Positions 18,452 to 28,161 of a stretch of 64,000 bases of DNA are shown one piece after another; the stretch's first letter is position 1, and each line of letters opens with the position of its first letter. The notes below the pieces were generated by a model. That model was not told the DNA's origin and did not search any database. It saw nothing but the letters and a program-made list of their open reading frames with translations. The DNA comes from an uncultured Verrucomicrobiae bacterium (lineage in GTDB: Bacteria; Verrucomicrobiota; Verrucomicrobiia; Chthoniobacterales; Chthoniobacteraceae). The position numbers and the translations under genes are program-made. The stretch is from assembly GCA_963769025.1 (NCBI GenBank), contig CAVYKI010000009.1:992001-1056000 (forward strand), written 5' to 3'.

Positions 18452-20176
18452 GTGCCTGAATCCCTAGCAGAGCCCCGCCTTTCCCAGGCCGCGCCGGAAC
18501 TCGCGGGCCACCTCGCGCGCGTTCGCCGCCGGCAAAGTGCCGTCGCGCTCCGCACGGGTTTTGCGATGGCGCTGGTCGCGGTGTTCGCGTGGCTCGCAAT
18601 CGGGATGCCGCTCGACTGGCTGCTCGCGCTGCCGTTCGCCGTGCGTGCCGTGCTCCTCGTGTGCGGGCTCGGCGGCGCGGCGGCGCTTGCGTGGGGGTTC
18701 GGCGTCCGAAAGTGGCTGCACCAGCCCGATGACGATCGTGTGGCGCTCGCCATCGAGCGCGCGTTGCCGCAATTCCGCAGCCGCTTCATCGCCAGCGTGC
18801 AGCTCGCGCGGCAGCACCACGCGAGCGATTCGAGCGGAGCCAGCGACGGGGTGAGCCGCTCGCTCGTGAATGCGCTGCTGAAGGAAACGGCCGCAGTCGC
18901 GGCGGATGCCCCATTCGACAACGCCGTGAAGACGGAGTCGCTTCGCCGCTGGCTGCGGATCGCGGCAGCCGCGACGGTCTGCGCAGCCGGACTGTGGATC
19001 GTCGGCGGACGCGCGAGTTGGCCCTTGTTCCAGCGCGCGTGGCTCGTGAATGTGCCGGTCCCGCGAAAGACGATGATCGTCGCCTTCACCGGTGACCGCG
19101 CAGTTGCGGTCGGCGACAATGTCACCCTCGAGGCCACGACCGCCGGAATTATTCCGAAGTCCGGCAGGCTGCTTATCGAAACCGCGTCCGGTCGTCGGCA
19201 GGAATTCGCACTCGACGCCACGGCCACCGAGCCGGTGCGCTTTTCCCGCATCCTGCAAAGCGTGCAGGAGAGCTTCCGCTACCGCATCGAACTCGGCGAC
19301 AACCGCACGGCGTTCGCGAGCGTGCGCGTTCGCCCACGTCCGGCCATCGCGGATCTCGCCTGCGAACAGATCTGGCCCGCATACACAAGGCTCCAACCCG
19401 TGCAAAGGCAGCCCGGCAACCTCAAGCTGCTCGCGGGATCGAAGCTCGCCGTCCGCATGAATTCCACCACGCCGCTCCGAAACGCCACGCTGCGGCTCAC
19501 CGGCGCGGAGCCTGCGCAGACCGTCCGCACCGCGCCGCTCGCGACGGATGCAAAGACTCCGGAAGATTGGACGGGCGCGGTGGAAATCCCCGCGAAGGAT
19601 GTGGCCGGGATGACTTTCCAGCTCACGGATGTGGAAGGCGTGGAGTCGCGCGCGATGGCCGTGCATCGCATCGAGGTCGTGCCCGACCAGCCCCCCAGCA
19701 TCCGCATTTTGCAGCCCTCTCGGCGCGAGGAACTGCTCACGAAGAAGGCGACGCTGCTGCTCGGTTTCGAGGCAAAGGACGACTTTGGCGTCGCAAAAGT
19801 GCTGCTGCATTACGCCGTGAACTGGACCGAAGGCGCGCCGCACAAGACGCTCGAGCTCGACCTCGGCGGCGACGAGCCGAAGTCACTCACGCGGCGCTTC
19901 GAGTGGAAGATCGAGCGCATCACGCCCGCGCCCGCGGAGAACGACACCATTGATTTTTGGCTGGAGGCCCGCGATGCGAACAACGTGACCGGCCCCGGAA
20001 TCGCGGTGCTGCCCGAGCACTGGCAGGCGCGCATCGTGAGCGAGGAGGAAAAGCGCGCGGACCTCGCGAACCGGCTCAACGACACGTTGCAGACCCTAGA
20101 CGCCGTGCGCCAGAGCCAGGAGGACCTCGCGAAAAAGCTCGGCGATCTCATCCATGAAAAGCCGGCCAAGCCGTGA
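18452..20176 (+). CDS. Membrane-anchored DUF4175-like protein with Ig-like periplasmic domains
   Basis: Two N-terminal TM helices, ALAIERALPQFRSRFIASVQL, third TM, PAYT, PDQPPSI, AKDDFGV, LEARDAN. Confidence 0.65.
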   Translation: MPESLAEPRLSQAAPELAGHLARVRRRQSAVALRTGFAMALVAVFAWLAIGMPLDWLLALPFAVRAVLLVCGLGGAAALAWGFGVRKWLHQPDDDRVALAIERALPQFRSRFIASVQLARQHHASDSSGASDGVSRSLVNALLKETAAVAADAPFDNAVKTESLRRWLRIAAAATVCAAGLWIVGGRASWPLFQRAWLVNVPVPRKTMIVAFTGDRAVAVGDNVTLEATTAGIIPKSGRLLIETASGRRQEFALDATATEPVRFSRILQSVQESFRYRIELGDNRTAFASVRVRPRPAIADLACEQIWPAYTRLQPVQRQPGNLKLLAGSKLAVRMNSTTPLRNATLRLTGAEPAQTVRTAPLATDAKTPEDWTGAVEIPAKDVAGMTFQLTDVEGVESRAMAVHRIEVVPDQPPSIRILQPSRREELLTKKATLLLGFEAKDDFGVAKVLLHYAVNWTEGAPHKTLELDLGGDEPKSLTRRFEWKIERITPAPAENDTIDFWLEARDANNVTGPGIAVLPEHWQARIVSEEEKRADLANRLNDTLQTLDAVRQSQEDLAKKLGDLIHEKPAKP

Positions 20177-20236
20177 CGATTCTTTCCGCGACAATCGCCC
20201 TCAAACACGTAGCTTCGCTCCGTCACCGTCCGACGC

Positions 20237-23200
20237 ATGAAACTCCCTCTGCTCCTCCCCGCGAGACTGATCCTTGCATCCGTAGTGCTTGCCGCAGGTG
20301 ACGCATTCGCCGAGCTGCCGACCGCGCCGATTCGCGAAAGCGAGCAAAAGCAGGCGCAGATTCAGGGAGAGACGAAACTCCTCTCCGACACGCTCACGGC
20401 GATGCTCGGCGAATATGAGCGGAACAATCTCGCGGGTGACGACGCCGCGACCGTGCGCAAGCTGCGCGAATCGCTCGGCGCGCTGTCCTCCACCGAGATG
20501 CGGCAGGTCGTGGATTTGCTCCAACGCGCGCGAGCGGCGTCGGATCCGAATGCGACAGTGAGGACGGTCGCGGATGCGTTCACGACCCAGAAACAAATCC
20601 TCGTGGCCATCCAGCGCATCCTCGCCGAACACGCGCGTGAGCAGGAGGCGGCGGAGATTTCCAAGCAACTGCATGCGCTCGCCGACCGGCAGGCGCGCAA
20701 TCTTCGAAACGCGATCGAACTCGGACGGATGACGGCCGGCGGACAGGCGGAGAACGCCGGAGCCATGCAGCAGGCGCAACTCGAGACGCAGCGCGGCGAG
20801 CAGTCGGCCATCGCCGAGGAACTGAAGATGATTCGTGGCAAGGTCGCGCGTTTCGCGGCGAATCCGGAGAACGCGGGCGCGGCGGACAATTTCAATGCGG
20901 CGGCGAAGCAGCTCGAAGCCGTGGAGCCCGTCGCCGAGGCCGCGGCGGAAGCGCTGAAAGCCGGGCAGCTTTTCAAGGCGGCGACAGACGAAAAGGCGAG
21001 CCGCGAGGAATTGCGGAAGGTCGCGCGACAGATTGCACCGCGCGAGCAAGGGCCCGAGGCGCTGCGGAAGGCGGAGCGCGAACTTGGCGAGGTGATCGCC
21101 GAGCAGCGCCAATTGCGCGACTCGACGGCGGGACAGCGGAAACAGCAGGACCTCGACAAATGGCTGGCGGAAAAGCTCGCCGGAGAGGGCAAGAACGACG
21201 CGCTTCCGTCGAAGTTTCGAAACCAGCCGGCATCCGCACTGCGTGAAAATCCGGAGATCCGCGCGCGCTTTGAAAACGAGGAGAGGGCACAGGAGGCGCA
21301 GCTCGCACGCATCGAGGATCAGCAGGGTGAACTCGCCTCGAAGACCGATGCGCTCGCGCAAAAAATCGCCGAGGTCCCGCGGGCTGCGGAAGGACTGAAG
21401 GGCGCGACGGGAAAAATGCAGGAGGCGCGCGCCGCGATGCAGGATGCAAACGCACCGCAGGCCGCGCAGCAGCAGGACGCCGCCCTCGCACGGCTCGACA
21501 CGGCGCACGCGGAACTGAAACGCCGCGCCGACGAGGCCGAGGCACTGGCCGCACGGAGCGACGACAAGGTCAAGGATCTCGAACAGCTCAAGAATGTCGC
21601 CGAGGCGCTCGCACGCGAGGAGGGCGCAGTGGCGAAGGAAGCGAAACCGGACGCTGCGGCACAGGCGGACATCGCACGGCGGGCAAATCAACTCGCGCAG
21701 CGCGCGGCCGCGGCCGCGCCTTTGGCCGCGCAGCCGGCACAGGCGGCGGCGAACAACGCGCAGCAGGCCGAGCAGGCGATGCAAGCCGGCAAGCCTGCCG
21801 AAGGCCGTGCCGCGGCGGAGCAGGCCGCGCAAAATCTCGCGGAGGCAGCGAAACAAATCGCGCAGGAACTTGCCAAGGCGCAGGCGGCCCAGCAGCAGGC
21901 GGATGCGGCGCAGGCGGCGCTCGCGGACCTTGGAAAATTGATCCAGGCGGAACAGACGCTCGAACTCGAAACCGCAAAGGCTGTCGCGCTCGTCTCGCAG
22001 AAAATGCCCGCGCCTTTTGCGGAACTCGGAACACGACAGGGTGCGGTGCAAGCCGATGCGGCGAATTTCAGAGGCACGCTCACCGCGATGGCTCCGGACG
22101 CGGGGCAGGCAGTCGGGGACGCCGCGATGGCGATGGGCGATGCACGCGTTCAACTCGATGCGGCGAAAGGTGCCGAGGCACGGGTCGCGGAGCAGCGGGC
22201 GATCGAAAGGCTGCTCGCGGCGCAGCATTTGCTCGGTGCGATGCTCGATCAGGCGCAGGCCGCGCTCGGCCAACCGAATGCCGCAAACGCGGCGCAGATG
22301 GCAGCGGCGGCGAACCAACTCGCGCAGGCGCAGCAGCAGGTGCAGCAGGCGCAGGCAAATCTCCAACAGGCAGCGCAGCAATCCGGACAACAGGCGGCGC
22401 AGAACGCCGCGGAAGCTGCCCAGCAGGCGGCGCAGGCTGCACAACAGGCCGCACAAGCTGCGCAGGCCGCACAGCAGCAAGCGGCGCAGGCGGGCAATCA
22501 GCCTGCGGCACAGCAAGCCGCTCAGGCCGCGCAGCAGGCCGCCGCCGCCGCCCAAGCCGCCCAGCAAGCCGCTCAAAATGCGCAGCAGATGGCCGCGAAT
22601 CCCGGCCAACCCGCAGCACAGGCGGCGCAAGAGGCGGCCCAGCAGTCGGGCCAGGCCGCGCAGGCCGCGCAGCAAGCCGCGACCGCCGCGCAAGCGGCAC
22701 AGCAAGCGGCACAACAGGGTGCCCAACAGGCGGCTCAAGCGGGACAGCAGGCTGCGCAAAATGCGAATCAGCAAGCAGCGCAGCAAGCCGGCCAGGCTGC
22801 CCAAGCTGCGCAGCAGGCGGCACAGGCTGCACAGCAGGCGCAGCAGATGGCGCAGGCAGCGGCGCAAGCCGCGCAGAACGGATCACAAACCGCGAACGCT
22901 TCGATGCAGCAGGCCGCACAGCAACTCGCGCAGGCCGCGCAAAGCGCGGGGCAGGCGGCGGCCCAGCAGGGTGGCCGGATGTCACCCTCCGCACAGCAGG
23001 CGACACAGCAGGCCGGGCAGCAACTTTCCTCCGCAACCGGCCAGGCGATGAGCGGGCAGAACAGCGCAGCGCAGCAGGCCGCGCAGAGCGCTTCGCAGTC
23101 GCTCGCGAAGGCGCAGGCCGCGATGGCTGCGACGCAGGCGGGACTCTCGGCTTCGCAAGGCGCGCCGATGCCGGGCGGGCAAGGACAGCCGGGACAGGGC

Positions 23201-23470
23201 TCGCAGCCGGGACAGGGGCAGGCTCCGGGGAAAAATTCGCAGGCAGGCACAGGGCCTTCGCAGGGCGCGGAAAGTTACACGCCCGGCGACCCGAAGGCGG
23301 TGGAGCGCGGTGCGCGCGAGGCGGCGCTGAAGAAGGCGGACTTCATCGGACTTCCCGCGCGCGAGCGTGCAGCGATCCAGCAGTCGCTCCGGGAAAAATA
23401 TCCGCAGGAGTACGGCCCGCTCGTCGAGCAATACCTGCTGAACCTCGCGAACGAGAGCGGGAAAAAGTAA
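20237..23470 (+). CDS. Large secreted Ala/Gln-rich coiled-coil protein
   Basis: Signal peptide; long heptad-like A/Q/E/L helices; C-terminal LPARERAAI...YPQEYGPLVEQYLLNLA motif seen at the end of PVC DUF4175-type proteins. Confidence 0.75.
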   Translation: MKLPLLLPARLILASVVLAAGDAFAELPTAPIRESEQKQAQIQGETKLLSDTLTAMLGEYERNNLAGDDAATVRKLRESLGALSSTEMRQVVDLLQRARAASDPNATVRTVADAFTTQKQILVAIQRILAEHAREQEAAEISKQLHALADRQARNLRNAIELGRMTAGGQAENAGAMQQAQLETQRGEQSAIAEELKMIRGKVARFAANPENAGAADNFNAAAKQLEAVEPVAEAAAEALKAGQLFKAATDEKASREELRKVARQIAPREQGPEALRKAERELGEVIAEQRQLRDSTAGQRKQQDLDKWLAEKLAGEGKNDALPSKFRNQPASALRENPEIRARFENEERAQEAQLARIEDQQGELASKTDALAQKIAEVPRAAEGLKGATGKMQEARAAMQDANAPQAAQQQDAALARLDTAHAELKRRADEAEALAARSDDKVKDLEQLKNVAEALAREEGAVAKEAKPDAAAQADIARRANQLAQRAAAAAPLAAQPAQAAANNAQQAEQAMQAGKPAEGRAAAEQAAQNLAEAAKQIAQELAKAQAAQQQADAAQAALADLGKLIQAEQTLELETAKAVALVSQKMPAPFAELGTRQGAVQADAANFRGTLTAMAPDAGQAVGDAAMAMGDARVQLDAAKGAEARVAEQRAIERLLAAQHLLGAMLDQAQAALGQPNAANAAQMAAAANQLAQAQQQVQQAQANLQQAAQQSGQQAAQNAAEAAQQAAQAAQQAAQAAQAAQQQAAQAGNQPAAQQAAQAAQQAAAAAQAAQQAAQNAQQMAANPGQPAAQAAQEAAQQSGQAAQAAQQAATAAQAAQQAAQQGAQQAAQAGQQAAQNANQQAAQQAGQAAQAAQQAAQAAQQAQQMAQAAAQAAQNGSQTANASMQQAAQQLAQAAQSAGQAAAQQGGRMSPSAQQATQQAGQQLSSATGQAMSGQNSAAQQAAQSASQSLAKAQAAMAATQAGLSASQGAPMPGGQGQPGQGSQPGQGQAPGKNSQAGTGPSQGAESYTPGDPKAVERGAREAALKKADFIGLPARERAAIQQSLREKYPQEYGPLVEQYLLNLANESGKK
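22260..23160 (+). repeat. Low-complexity coding repeat (QQAAQAAQ-like), about 300 codons
   Basis: Degenerate cag/caa/gcg/gcc tandem units within ORF 20237..23470. Confidence 0.85.
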
Positions 23471-23633
23471 TCCGCTGATCGCCGACGGCCGCGGTGGCCC
23501 AGTCCAATCTGAGTCGGGATTCATCGAGCAGCGTCGGCACAGAGCCCGGATATCCTCCGACGACGTGCTGATTCGTTCAGATGAATTTTTCCGCCAAACG
23601 TGCATGCGAATCCGCAGCCGGGGCGGCGCTTTA

Positions 23634-24968
23634 TCACACCCACATGCCGTCGGGCAGCACGGCGCCCTTCGGGATGACGACGATGCCGTCGCGGACATAC
23701 CACAACGGCTTTTCCGAGCCGTCACCCCATCGCACGGGGGGTCCGTCGCATTCATCGGGCTTGCCGTCGGGCGTGATGACCACGCCGTTTCCGACCCGCG
23801 CGTTCTTGTCCACGATGGCGTGGTCCACGACGCAATTCGAGCCGATGCCGAGCGCCGGCTCCCCTTCCCTTCCGGGGCGCACTTCCTCGTAGTAGTCCGC
23901 GCCCATCACCACGCTGTTTTTGATCGTCGAGCCGCTCTTGATGATGCTCCGCAGACCGATGACGGCGCGCTCGATGTTGGCGTCGCTGATGATGCAGCCG
24001 TCGCTGATGATCGCCTGGCGCACCGTGGCGCCGTTCACTTTGCTGCCCGGCAGGAAACGCATGTGCGTGTAGATCGGCGCGGTCGCATCGAAGAAGCTGA
24101 ATGGAGGAAGCGGATTGGTGAGCGCGAGATTCGCATCGAAGAACGCTCGGATGGTGCCGATGTCCTCCCAGTATCCTTGGAAGATATGCGCGTGGACGCG
24201 GAGCTTTCCGAGGGCCTCGGGGATCACGTGCTTGCCGAAATCCATGAGCTGGTTGTCGAGCGACTGGCGCAGCGCCTCGCGGTTGAAAATGTAGATGCCC
24301 ATCGAAGCCTGAAACAATTCCGCCCCCGCATCGCGCCCGAGTTCCGTGAGGAGCGGCGCGGGAATCCGCAGTGTATCGAGCACCGCAGGGTCTTTCGGCT
24401 TTTCGACGAATTGCGTGATTCGCCGCCCCGCATCCGTATGCATGATGCCGAAGCTCGACGCATCCTGCCGCCCGACGGGGATCGTCCCGACCGTCAGCTC
24501 CGCCTTCGTCTCAATGTGTTGCTCGAGCATGCGGCGGTAATCCATCCGGTAAAGCTGATCGCCGCTGAGGATGACATAGTACTCGAACGGCCCGTTGAGA
24601 AAATCCGCGAGATTCTGGCGCACCGCGTCCGCCGTGCCCTGGTACCATTGCGAATCGGTCGGCGTCTGCTGCGCGGCGAGGATCTCGACGTAGCTTCGCG
24701 AGAACTGGTCGAACTTGTAAGTCGCGTGGATGTGCCGGTGCAGCGAGACGCTGTTGAACTGCGTGAGGACGTAGATGCGCCGAAGGCCCGAGTTCAGGCA
24801 GTTCGAGATCGGAATGTCCACGAGCCGGTACTTTCCGGCCAGCGGCACGGCGGGTTTGGAACGCTCCTTTGTCAGCGGAAACAACCGCGAACCGGCGCCG
24901 CCTCCCATGATGATCGCGAGGGTTTTCTCGGTGACTGCAGGCCAGTTGAAGTTGGAGTCGATTCCCAT
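23634..24968 (-). CDS. glgC: Glucose-1-phosphate adenylyltransferase
   Basis: GGGAGSRLFPLTKERSKPAVP, WYQGTADAV, LSGDQLY, FVEKP, ASMGIY, YWEDIGT. Confidence 0.97.
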   Translation of the reverse strand: MGIDSNFNWPAVTEKTLAIIMGGGAGSRLFPLTKERSKPAVPLAGKYRLVDIPISNCLNSGLRRIYVLTQFNSVSLHRHIHATYKFDQFSRSYVEILAAQQTPTDSQWYQGTADAVRQNLADFLNGPFEYYVILSGDQLYRMDYRRMLEQHIETKAELTVGTIPVGRQDASSFGIMHTDAGRRITQFVEKPKDPAVLDTLRIPAPLLTELGRDAGAELFQASMGIYIFNREALRQSLDNQLMDFGKHVIPEALGKLRVHAHIFQGYWEDIGTIRAFFDANLALTNPLPPFSFFDATAPIYTHMRFLPGSKVNGATVRQAIISDGCIISDANIERAVIGLRSIIKSGSTIKNSVVMGADYYEEVRPGREGEPALGIGSNCVVDHAIVDKNARVGNGVVITPDGKPDECDGPPVRWGDGSEKPLWYVRDGIVVIPKGAVLPDGMWV

Positions 24969-25076
24969 GCACCGAGGCTAGACTGAAAACATCGTGCGAT
25001 GGAAGCTGCGAAAGTTTCCCTCCGGCTCACGTCTCTGTTGCCATTCACGGAAGCGAATGCGTAGAAGGAAAGCTTT

Positions 25077-25718
25077 ATGGCCGACCTGAAGCACCTGCTC
25101 GACAACAACCGCGAATGGGCGGAGGACATCAAGAGTCGCCATCCTGATTTTTTCCGGAACCTCGCGCATCTCCAGGCCCCGGAATACCTGTGGATCGGCT
25201 GCTCGGATTCGCGCGTTCCCGCAAACCAGATCACGGGCCTCGCGCCCGGGGAGGTTTTTGTGCACCGCAACGTCGCCAATGTCGTCGTGCACACCGATCT
25301 GAATTGCCTGTCGGTCATGCAGTTCGCCGTGGATGTGCTGAAGGTGAAACACATCATCGTCGTCGGTCACTACGGCTGCGCCGGCGTGCTCGCGGCTCTG
25401 AAGCGTCATCGCTTCGGCCTCGTGGACAACTGGCTGCGGCACATCCAGGACGTGCGGCACAAACACGCCGGACTCATCGAGCGATTCCCCGCGGAGCGGC
25501 AGCAGGACACGCTCGGCGAGTTGAACGTCATCGAGCAGGTGCTCAATGTCGGCGAGACCACCGTGGTCCGCGACGCATGGGAGCGCGGACAGCCGCTCTC
25601 GATCCACGGCTGGATCTACCGCCTCGACGACGGGCTGATCCGCGACTTGAAAATGGACGCCTCGGATGTCGCCGAACTGGACCGTGCATACCGCGACGCC
25701 ATTGCCGCGATTGCGTAG
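25077..25718 (+). CDS. can: Beta-class carbonic anhydrase
   Basis: WIGCSDSRVPA, HRNVAN, GHYGC zinc ligands. Confidence 0.95.
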   Translation: MADLKHLLDNNREWAEDIKSRHPDFFRNLAHLQAPEYLWIGCSDSRVPANQITGLAPGEVFVHRNVANVVVHTDLNCLSVMQFAVDVLKVKHIIVVGHYGCAGVLAALKRHRFGLVDNWLRHIQDVRHKHAGLIERFPAERQQDTLGELNVIEQVLNVGETTVVRDAWERGQPLSIHGWIYRLDDGLIRDLKMDASDVAELDRAYRDAIAAIA

Positions 25719-25792
25719 CACCGGAGAGCCGCTTCAGGCTGACGCTTCGGAGTTGCCGAATGCTCGGCGACGCCTCTACCGTCTCGCGCTTC

Positions 25793-27200
25793 ATGCCGAC
25801 GCGCTTTTTCAACACCTACTCGCGACAGCTCGAAGAGTTCCGCCCGCTCGATCCTGACGGCAGAGGCGTGAAACTCTACACGTGCGGGCCGACGGTCTAT
25901 AATTTCGCGCACATCGGGAATTTCCGCGCCTACATCTTCGAGGACCTGCTGCAGCGGCATCTGGAGGCGCGCGGCTTCGAGGTCGAGCGCGTGATGAATC
26001 TCACCGACGTGGACGACAAGACGATCCGCGGGTGCCGGCAACTCGGCGTGCGGCTCGCGGAGTTCACGCAGAAGTTCAAGGACGCGTTCTTCGAGGACCT
26101 CGGCACGCTGCGGGTGAAACGCGCGCAGCATTTTCCTGCCGCGACTGATTACGTCGCGCAAATGATCGGGATGATCCGCGTGCTGGAGCAAAAGGGCATC
26201 GCGTATCAGGCCGAGGACCAGTCGCTGTATTTCCGGCTCAGCAAGTTCCCCGACTACGGGAAGCTCGCGCATCTGAACCTCGACGAACTGCGCCCGAGCG
26301 GCCGCGTGACGAGCGACGAATACGAGAAGGAAAACATCGGCGACTTCGCGCTGTGGAAGGCGTGGGATGAAAACGACGGCGACGTGAAATGGGATTCACC
26401 GTGGGGCCCCGGTCGCCCCGGCTGGCACATCGAGTGCAGCGCGATGGCCACCGCGCTGCTCGGCCCGGAGATCGACATCCATTGCGGCGGCGTGGACAAC
26501 ATTTTCCCGCACCACGAGGCGGAGATCGCGCAGAGCGAATGCGTGAACGGGGAAGAAGTTCGTCCGCTACTGGCTGCACTGCGCACACCTCATGGTCGAG
26601 GGGCAGAAGATGGCGAAGAGCGCTGGGAACTTTTACACGCTGCGCGACTTGATCGAGAAAGGCTGGACCGGACGAGAGATCCGCTACGCGCTCATCACCG
26701 TGAACTACCGGCTGCCGCTGAATTTCACATTTGACGGTCTCGCCGGGGCGCGCAGCGCGCTGGGGAGAATCGATGAATGGGTGGCGCGCCTCACAGACCG
26801 CGCCGTGAGCGCCATCCTGCCGGAGGCACTGCCCGCTCAGTTCGCGAATGCCATCGAGTCGTTTTTCACCGACTTGGACGACGACCTGAACATCAGCGGC
26901 GCGATGGGCCGGGTGTTCGACCTTATCCGCGAAACGAATCGTGCACTCGATGCGGATGAGATCAGCCCGGGCGTCGCAGCCGCGATTGTCGGCGGCTGGA
27001 AGCGGATCAATTCAGTGCTCGGTCTCGAACGCGAAGCGCACACTCCGTCGCCGGAAGTTCTCGCGCTCGTCGAGGAACGCCAGCTTGCCCGCACCAACAG
27101 GCAATGGTCCGAGAGCGACCGTCTGCGAGACGCCATCGCGGCGCTCGGCTGGGTTGTAAAGGACACCAAGGAAGGCCCGAAGCTCTCGCCAAGAACGTAG
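25793..27200 (+). CDS. cysS: Cysteine--tRNA ligase, frameshift in a G-run at about 26550
   Basis: CGPTVY, HIGN, DFALWK, GRPGWHIECS, FPHHE, KMAKS, SDRLRD. Confidence 0.95.
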
Positions 27201-27358
27201 CCGACGACGGCAGGAGGCGGGCTCTCAGCGGATGGCCACATTCTCCCCGAACAAGTCAGGGCGCGCTCGGCGAGCACGCTCCACCGGTAGGGCGCGACCG
27301 CACGGCGCGCCCAAACTCCACCGTCGAGATCAGCCCGCCTCCTGCCGTCGGCGGCTAC
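27197..27358. repeat. Nested REPIN-like element between convergent cysS and tpiA
   Basis: Outer arms gtagccgacgacggcaggaggcgggct and its reverse complement at 27332-27358 match 26/27; inner back-to-back GTGG/GTAG hairpins at 27259-27312. Confidence 0.8.
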
Positions 27359-27368
27359 TGACGGGCGA

Positions 27369-28140
27369 TCACCGCGCCAGCTTCACCGTCGCGAGCACGA
27401 TCTCCGCGAAGCCGCGCGGGTCGAGGCTCGCGCCGCCGACGAGTGCGCCGTCGATGTCCGGTTGCGACATGAGTTCCGCGGTGTTCGCGGGCTTCACGCT
27501 GCCGCCGTACTGGATTCGCACCTTGTCCGCCGCCGCTGCGCTCCAGAGTTCCGTAAGTTTGCGGCGGATGAATGCGTGCGCGTCCTGCGCCTGCTGCGGC
27601 GTCGCGGTGCGTCCGGTGCCGATGGCCCAGACGGGCTCGTAGGCGATCACGGTTTCCTCAAGCTGATCCGCGCTGAGCCCCGCGAGGCTGCCGCGGATTT
27701 GCCTGTCGAGCACGGCCTCCACCTGGTTCCCGTCGCGCTCGGCGAGCGTCTCGCCGACGCAGACGATCGGCCGCAGCGTCGCGGCGTGCGCGGCGTGCGT
27801 CTTCTTGTTTACCGATCTCATCCGTCTCGCCGAAAATCGTCCGGCGCTCGCTGTGGCCCAGCACCACGTAGCGGACGAAAAGCTCGCGCAGCATCGCCGC
27901 GCTGATCTCGCCGGTGAATGCGCCCGATTTCTCCGCGCTCATGTTCTGCGCGCCGAGCTTCACATTCTGCACGTTGCGCAAAATTTCCCCCGCCTTCGCG
28001 AGCGCGGTGAACGGAGGCACGATGACGACGTCCGCCCGTTTCTCCGATCCGATTTCGATGAGGAACGATTTGAAGAACCCTTCCGTCTCTCCGACGGTCA
28101 TGTTCATCTTCCAGTTGGCCGCGATGATTTTTTTGCGCAT
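27369..28140 (-). CDS. tpiA: Triosephosphate isomerase, frameshift at about 27813
   Basis: [45 protein letters not shown]. Confidence 0.95.
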
Positions 28141-28161
28141 GGGATTTTGAAAATGGGCTGC

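Noticed and set aside
22249..23250. Cys-rich antisense ORFs (CAACCAAC...) resembling metallothioneins, or a possible CRISPR-like repeat
   Set aside because: They are the reverse complement of the Ala/Gln codon tract; there is no constant repeat with unique spacers.
26606..26622. KMAKS instead of KMSKS in CysRS
   Set aside because: A conservative variant with the catalytic lysine retained; not notable.
25793..28140. Programmed frameshifting or pseudogenisation in cysS and tpiA
   Set aside because: Single extra bases without slippery-site or stimulator context, and similar indels occur window-wide; sequencing error is more parsimonious.
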